From NCBI GenBank assembly GCA_032128375.1, contig JAQBGU010000191.1, positions 1 to 18,288 of the forward strand: a DNA stretch of 18,288 bases, read 5' to 3'. The translations under genes and the position numbers were made by a program. The stretch is from Deltaproteobacteria bacterium. GTDB taxonomy: Bacteria; Myxococcota_A; UBA9160; SMWR01. Positions 14,649 to 18,288 of this stretch are shown here, in pieces; the stretch's first letter is position 1, and each line of letters starts with the position of its first letter. The notes beneath the pieces were generated by a model, which saw nothing but the letters and a program-made list of their open reading frames with translations, made no database searches and had not been told where the DNA came from.

Positions 14649-16337
14649 CTATCGGCCGCCGTTCGCGGCGCCAGCGCGGATCAGTCGCCCGGGCATCGCA
14701 CCCGTCGCCTCGCCGTTTTCGAATGTCACGGCGCCGTGACAGATCGTGGCCAAGTAACCCTTCGCGCCTTGCAGCAAGCGCTTTCCCCCGCCCGGAAGGT
14801 CGTAGACCATTCGAGGAGTCTCCAGTTCGAGTGCCGCGAAATCGATCAGGTTCAGATCTGCCCGATACCCCGGGGCGATGACACCGCGATCTTCCAAGCC
14901 ATACAGGCGCGCGGAATCCTGGGTCATTTTGTGGACGACGAACTCCAATGGCAGGGTGTCACCCCTTTGCCGATCTCGCGCGAAATAACTCAGCATGTAG
15001 GTCGGCACACTGGCATCGCATAACACGCCGCAATGTGCTCCTCCGTCCGAGAGGCCGAAGACACTGAGCGGATGTTTGATTGCCTCGACCTGCTCGTTGA
15101 GATCATCGTTGTAGCGACCGAACATGAACAGCAGCGGAATCCGATCGGCCATGGCGTCCATCAAGACCTCGAGGTGATGGCGCCCTTCGCGCTTCGCGAT
15201 ACCCGCGATGCTGTTTTCTGCAGAACTCGGTTCGTAGGAGAGATCGTCCATGCGGTACATATGTTCGAAGTCCGACATCAGACGCTCTGCGTCCTTTCCC
15301 CGCTTCGAGTAGTCGAGTGGTTCGTCTGCGATGACCCTTTGGCGAAACTCGGGGTCTCGCAGTATCCGGGTCTGTTCGTCGACCGGGAGCCCCATGATCG
15401 CTCGATAGCTGGGGTAGCGCTTCATCGGGTTGATGGTGCCCTCCAGCATCATCAAGATGGATGCGGGCCGCGCACCAACTTGCGGTCGCCAATTCAATCC
15501 CTGCCGCTGCAGACGTTCGGCTTCGCGCCAGACACGCGAAGGGCCGGCGGTCGTCAGGGACGTCACGGTCCGCCCCGTGTCGCGTAGGATGTCTTCGATC
15601 CACGCCACCTCGTCGTCGTTTTGCAGGTAGTCCGAGATGATTTCGATGGTGCCGTGGTCGACGGATTTGAAGGCTCCGGCTATGGTCTTCATCTCCTCGG
15701 CGGTCGCGTGGGTACCGGGAATCAAGTTACCATCCGGATCCACGTGTCCATAGAAGCGCGACGTCGAAAATCCGAGCGCGCCAGCCTTCAATGCCCCTTC
15801 GGTGAGCGCGGCCATCTGCTCCATATCGTCGCGCGTCGCGTCGCCGTAGCAACGATCCCGCATCACGTAGTGTCGCAATGCGACATGCGGTACCTGCGTA
15901 CCGATATCCATCACGTAGGGCGTGTCGATTGCATCGAGGTACTCGGCAAAGCTTTCCCAGTTCCACGTGATGCCATCGTTGAGTGCTGAGCCCGGGATGT
16001 CTTCGACGCTTTCCATGATCCGAACCAGCTTTTCGTGCGTGCCGGGTCTCACCGGTGCGAAGCCCACACCGCAGTTTCTCATCACGACTGTCGTAACGCC
16101 GTGCCAGCAACTTGGCGTGACCTGCTTGTCCCAGCAGACCTGTCCGTCGAAATGGGTGTGGATATCCACGAACCCCGGCGTCAGCAGATTCCCGTTGGCG
16201 TCGATCTCACGCTTCGCGCTCGCCTCGATCGTCCCGACTTCGCTGATCTTGCCATCTTGCACTCCGACATCGGCGCGATAGGCGGCAGCTCCGGTACCGT
16301 CGACGACACGTGCGTTCTTGATCAATAGGTCCAACAT
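14649..16337 (-). CDS. N-acyl-D-amino-acid deacylase family amidohydrolase
   Basis: PGFVDIHTHFDGQ, HGVTTVVM.NCGVGFAP, VEDIP, GALGFSTSR, SDGGAH and DRGVIAPGYRADLN. GGGAGG RBS. Confidence 0.92.
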   Translation of the reverse strand: MLDLLIKNARVVDGTGAAAYRADVGVQDGKISEVGTIEASAKREIDANGNLLTPGFVDIHTHFDGQVCWDKQVTPSCWHGVTTVVMRNCGVGFAPVRPGTHEKLVRIMESVEDIPGSALNDGITWNWESFAEYLDAIDTPYVMDIGTQVPHVALRHYVMRDRCYGDATRDDMEQMAALTEGALKAGALGFSTSRFYGHVDPDGNLIPGTHATAEEMKTIAGAFKSVDHGTIEIISDYLQNDDEVAWIEDILRDTGRTVTSLTTAGPSRVWREAERLQRQGLNWRPQVGARPASILMMLEGTINPMKRYPSYRAIMGLPVDEQTRILRDPEFRQRVIADEPLDYSKRGKDAERLMSDFEHMYRMDDLSYEPSSAENSIAGIAKREGRHHLEVLMDAMADRIPLLFMFGRYNDDLNEQVEAIKHPLSVFGLSDGGAHCGVLCDASVPTYMLSYFARDRQRGDTLPLEFVVHKMTQDSARLYGLEDRGVIAPGYRADLNLIDFAALELETPRMVYDLPGGGKRLLQGAKGYLATICHGAVTFENGEATGAMPGRLIRAGAANGGR

Positions 16338-16351
16338 GAGTGACCTCCCAC

Positions 16352-16484
16352 CGGTTGATGACTCTTTGCACGATCGGTTGATGACTCTCTACCTCAACCG
16401 GTTGATGACTCTCTACCTCGATCGGTTGATGACTCTCTACCTCAATCGGTTGATGACTCTCTACGTCAATCGGTTGATGACTCT
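16352..16484. repeat. 24-bp tandem repeat (VNTR), six core copies
   Basis: CGGTTGATGACTCT occurs at 16352, 16375, 16399, 16423, 16447 and 16471. Linkers are TTGCACGAT, CTACCTCAAC, CTACCTCGAT, CTACCTCAAT and CTACGTCAAT. Confidence 0.97.
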
Positions 16485-16485
16485 A

Positions 16486-17211
16486 CTACCAGGTTTCCGC
16501 GAAAGGGCGGATTTCGGTTTCGAACGTCCAGGTGCTCCTGGGCTGATGGGCCAGGTGCCAAACAGACTCCGCGATATCTGCTGGTTTCGCGAAGAAATCG
16601 TCCGGGGCTTCGGGCATGCTCTTTCGCGTCCACTCCAGATCGATCACCGCATCGATTACCAGATAGCTGACATGGATTCCCCTGGGACCGAGTGAACGCG
16701 CCATGCTCTCGCCCAGGATACGCTGCGCGGCTTTGGTCGGTGCGAAGCCCGCGAACCGCGCTTTGCCACGCCGGGCGCTCGTATTGCCGGTAATGACGAT
16801 CGACCCGGCTCCGCTGGCCAACATGTCAGCAGCAGCGAGTTGGCCACAGTGGAACAGCCCCATCGTATTGATCTGGAAGTTGCTTTCCAGAACCTCGGGC
16901 GCGAGATCCATGAATTCCGAAAAACTTCCCATCGCTGCGTTGTATACCAGTACGTCGACAGGCCCCAGTTCGTTTCGAATCGCGTCGAATGTCGCGTCGA
17001 GCGCCGCGCGGTCGGTTACGTCAGACGCGAACGCGTGTGTGTTGGGAATGGCCGCGGCCCACTCCTTCAGCCGATCTTCGCGTCGTGCCAGCATCGCGAC
17101 CTGGTAGCCGCCCTTAGCAAAGCGCTCCACGCTGGCGAGACCCGTGCCCGGGCCGACTCCCGCAACTACGCAGACACCGCCGCCCATGACATCGCTCACG
17201 TCACCGCTCAT
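16486..17211 (-). CDS. Short-chain dehydrogenase/reductase
   Basis: VVAGVGPGTG (GxGxxxG), LVYNA, TGNTSA, FAPTK.AQR (FxxxK variant), GIHVSYLVIDAVID and WTFETEIRPFAETW. The start overlaps the upstream gene's stop. Confidence 0.93.
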   Translation of the reverse strand: MSGDVSDVMGGGVCVVAGVGPGTGLASVERFAKGGYQVAMLARREDRLKEWAAAIPNTHAFASDVTDRAALDATFDAIRNELGPVDVLVYNAAMGSFSEFMDLAPEVLESNFQINTMGLFHCGQLAAADMLASGAGSIVITGNTSARRGKARFAGFAPTKAAQRILGESMARSLGPRGIHVSYLVIDAVIDLEWTRKSMPEAPDDFFAKPADIAESVWHLAHQPRSTWTFETEIRPFAETW

Positions 17212-18257
17212 GTCGTCTCCTGCTTCACGATCTCGACTACGCGACCCAGTGTATCCAACCGCGCGCTCGCGTCGTCGCCCGCGGGTTGAATTCGGAAAAC
17301 GCCGATCCCCGCGTCCCGATACCGGCGAACCCGTTCGCGTACGAAAGATTCATTGCCGAAGATCGTCGTCCGAGCGATCATCTCGTCAGGTACACGCTGC
17401 GCGGCCTCGGCGCGGCGGCCTTCGACCCATAGCTTCTGGACTTCGATGGCCGCGTCTTCGAAACCGCCCCGTTTGTAGGCATCGTTGTAGAAATTGGTCC
17501 TGGCCGACCCCATCGCGCCGAGTTGGAACGCCATGGCCGGCTTTGCCTGTTCGATCAGAGGTTGTGGGTCGTCGGTGAATGCGACCTGGGCGCCGACACA
17601 CAGCGTCAGGTCAGCGAGCGAGCGCCCCGCCTTCTCAGCGCCGCGGCGCAGATGTTCGAGGTGGGCGTCGGCCGCCTCGGGCGTGAATGAGGTTCCGAGC
17701 CAACCGTTGGCAAGTTCGCCAGTGAGTTCGAGCCCCTTGGGTGACAGCGTGGCGAGCCAGATGGGAAGATCGGGATTCGCGGGTTGCGACAACCGCAGCG
17801 CCTTGCCCTCACCGCCCGGCTTGGGAAGCACGTGGTGCTCGCCCTGATAGTTGAGTTTCTCGCCACGAAACGCCTGCCTCACGATCTCGATGGTCTCGCG
17901 CATGCGTCCCAAGGGCTTGCGGAAACTCTGTCCCTGCAGCCCCCCGACCACCTGCGGGCCCGAGGCACCGAGGCCGAGGATGAAGCGATCGCCAGTGATG
18001 TCCGCCATCGACAGCGCGGTCATCGCCGTCATGCTGGGAGTGCGCGCACTGATCTGCATGATGCCGGTGCCGAGAATCATGCTTTCGGTCCGAGCGCCCA
18101 GATAGGCGAGAGTCGAGATCGCGTCATAGCCCCAGGCCTCTGCGCTCCAAGCCTGATCGACACCGAGCTTCTCCGCCTCGACGGCAAAAGCCACGAGCTT
18201 GTCGAACTCTCGCTTCTTACCCGATGCCGCGCCTCCGACTCCGATTGCAGTTTTCAT
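17208..18257 (-). CDS. LLM-class (luciferase-like, probably F420-dependent) oxidoreductase
   Basis: AEKLGVDQAWSAEAWGYDA, LGTGIMQISARTP, RFILGLGASGPQVV.G..G, and GELANGW. Confidence 0.92.
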   Translation of the reverse strand: MKTAIGVGGAASGKKREFDKLVAFAVEAEKLGVDQAWSAEAWGYDAISTLAYLGARTESMILGTGIMQISARTPSMTAMTALSMADITGDRFILGLGASGPQVVGGLQGQSFRKPLGRMRETIEIVRQAFRGEKLNYQGEHHVLPKPGGEGKALRLSQPANPDLPIWLATLSPKGLELTGELANGWLGTSFTPEAADAHLEHLRRGAEKAGRSLADLTLCVGAQVAFTDDPQPLIEQAKPAMAFQLGAMGSARTNFYNDAYKRGGFEDAAIEVQKLWVEGRRAEAAQRVPDEMIARTTIFGNESFVRERVRRYRDAGIGVFRIQPAGDDASARLDTLGRVVEIVKQETT

Positions 18258-18288
18258 GATTTCGTGGCCTCCAGGGTGCGAACCAGGT

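Noticed and set aside
16352..16484. Regularly spaced repeats as a CRISPR array
   Set aside because: The period is only 24 bp, the 9-10 bp linkers are near-identical rather than unique spacers, and there are no cas genes. It is a tandem repeat.

Overview
GC-rich bacterial window. A chromosomal-looking backbone carries a SAM methyltransferase, two deleted GMC-type oxidoreductase subunit pseudogenes, a MATE exporter, a TauD-family dioxygenase, putA, a D-cysteine desulfhydrase, and an LLM oxidoreductase / SDR / N-acyl-D-amino-acid deacylase operon. It is interrupted by an IS630 end at the left edge and by a ~4.5 kb mercury-resistance module (about 3814-8330) that sits inside a REP-like repeat tract next to an IS1634 remnant. 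The module reads merR, merT-HMA fusion, merA, an unannotated merP-like gene, merF, merB. The main result is that two of these genes carry an in-frame TGA exactly at a metal-binding or catalytic cysteine: GMT-U-GGC in the MerP-like protein (6671-6973), and the Cys159-equivalent of MerB (7202-7864). Each TGA is followed by a SECIS-like hairpin with the same CGNGA pentaloop. The best reading is a selenocysteine-dependent broad-spectrum mer operon that the ORF track misses or truncates. No sel machinery genes are in the window, so Sec decoding remains an inference. All family calls come from motif recognition by eye, not database searches.
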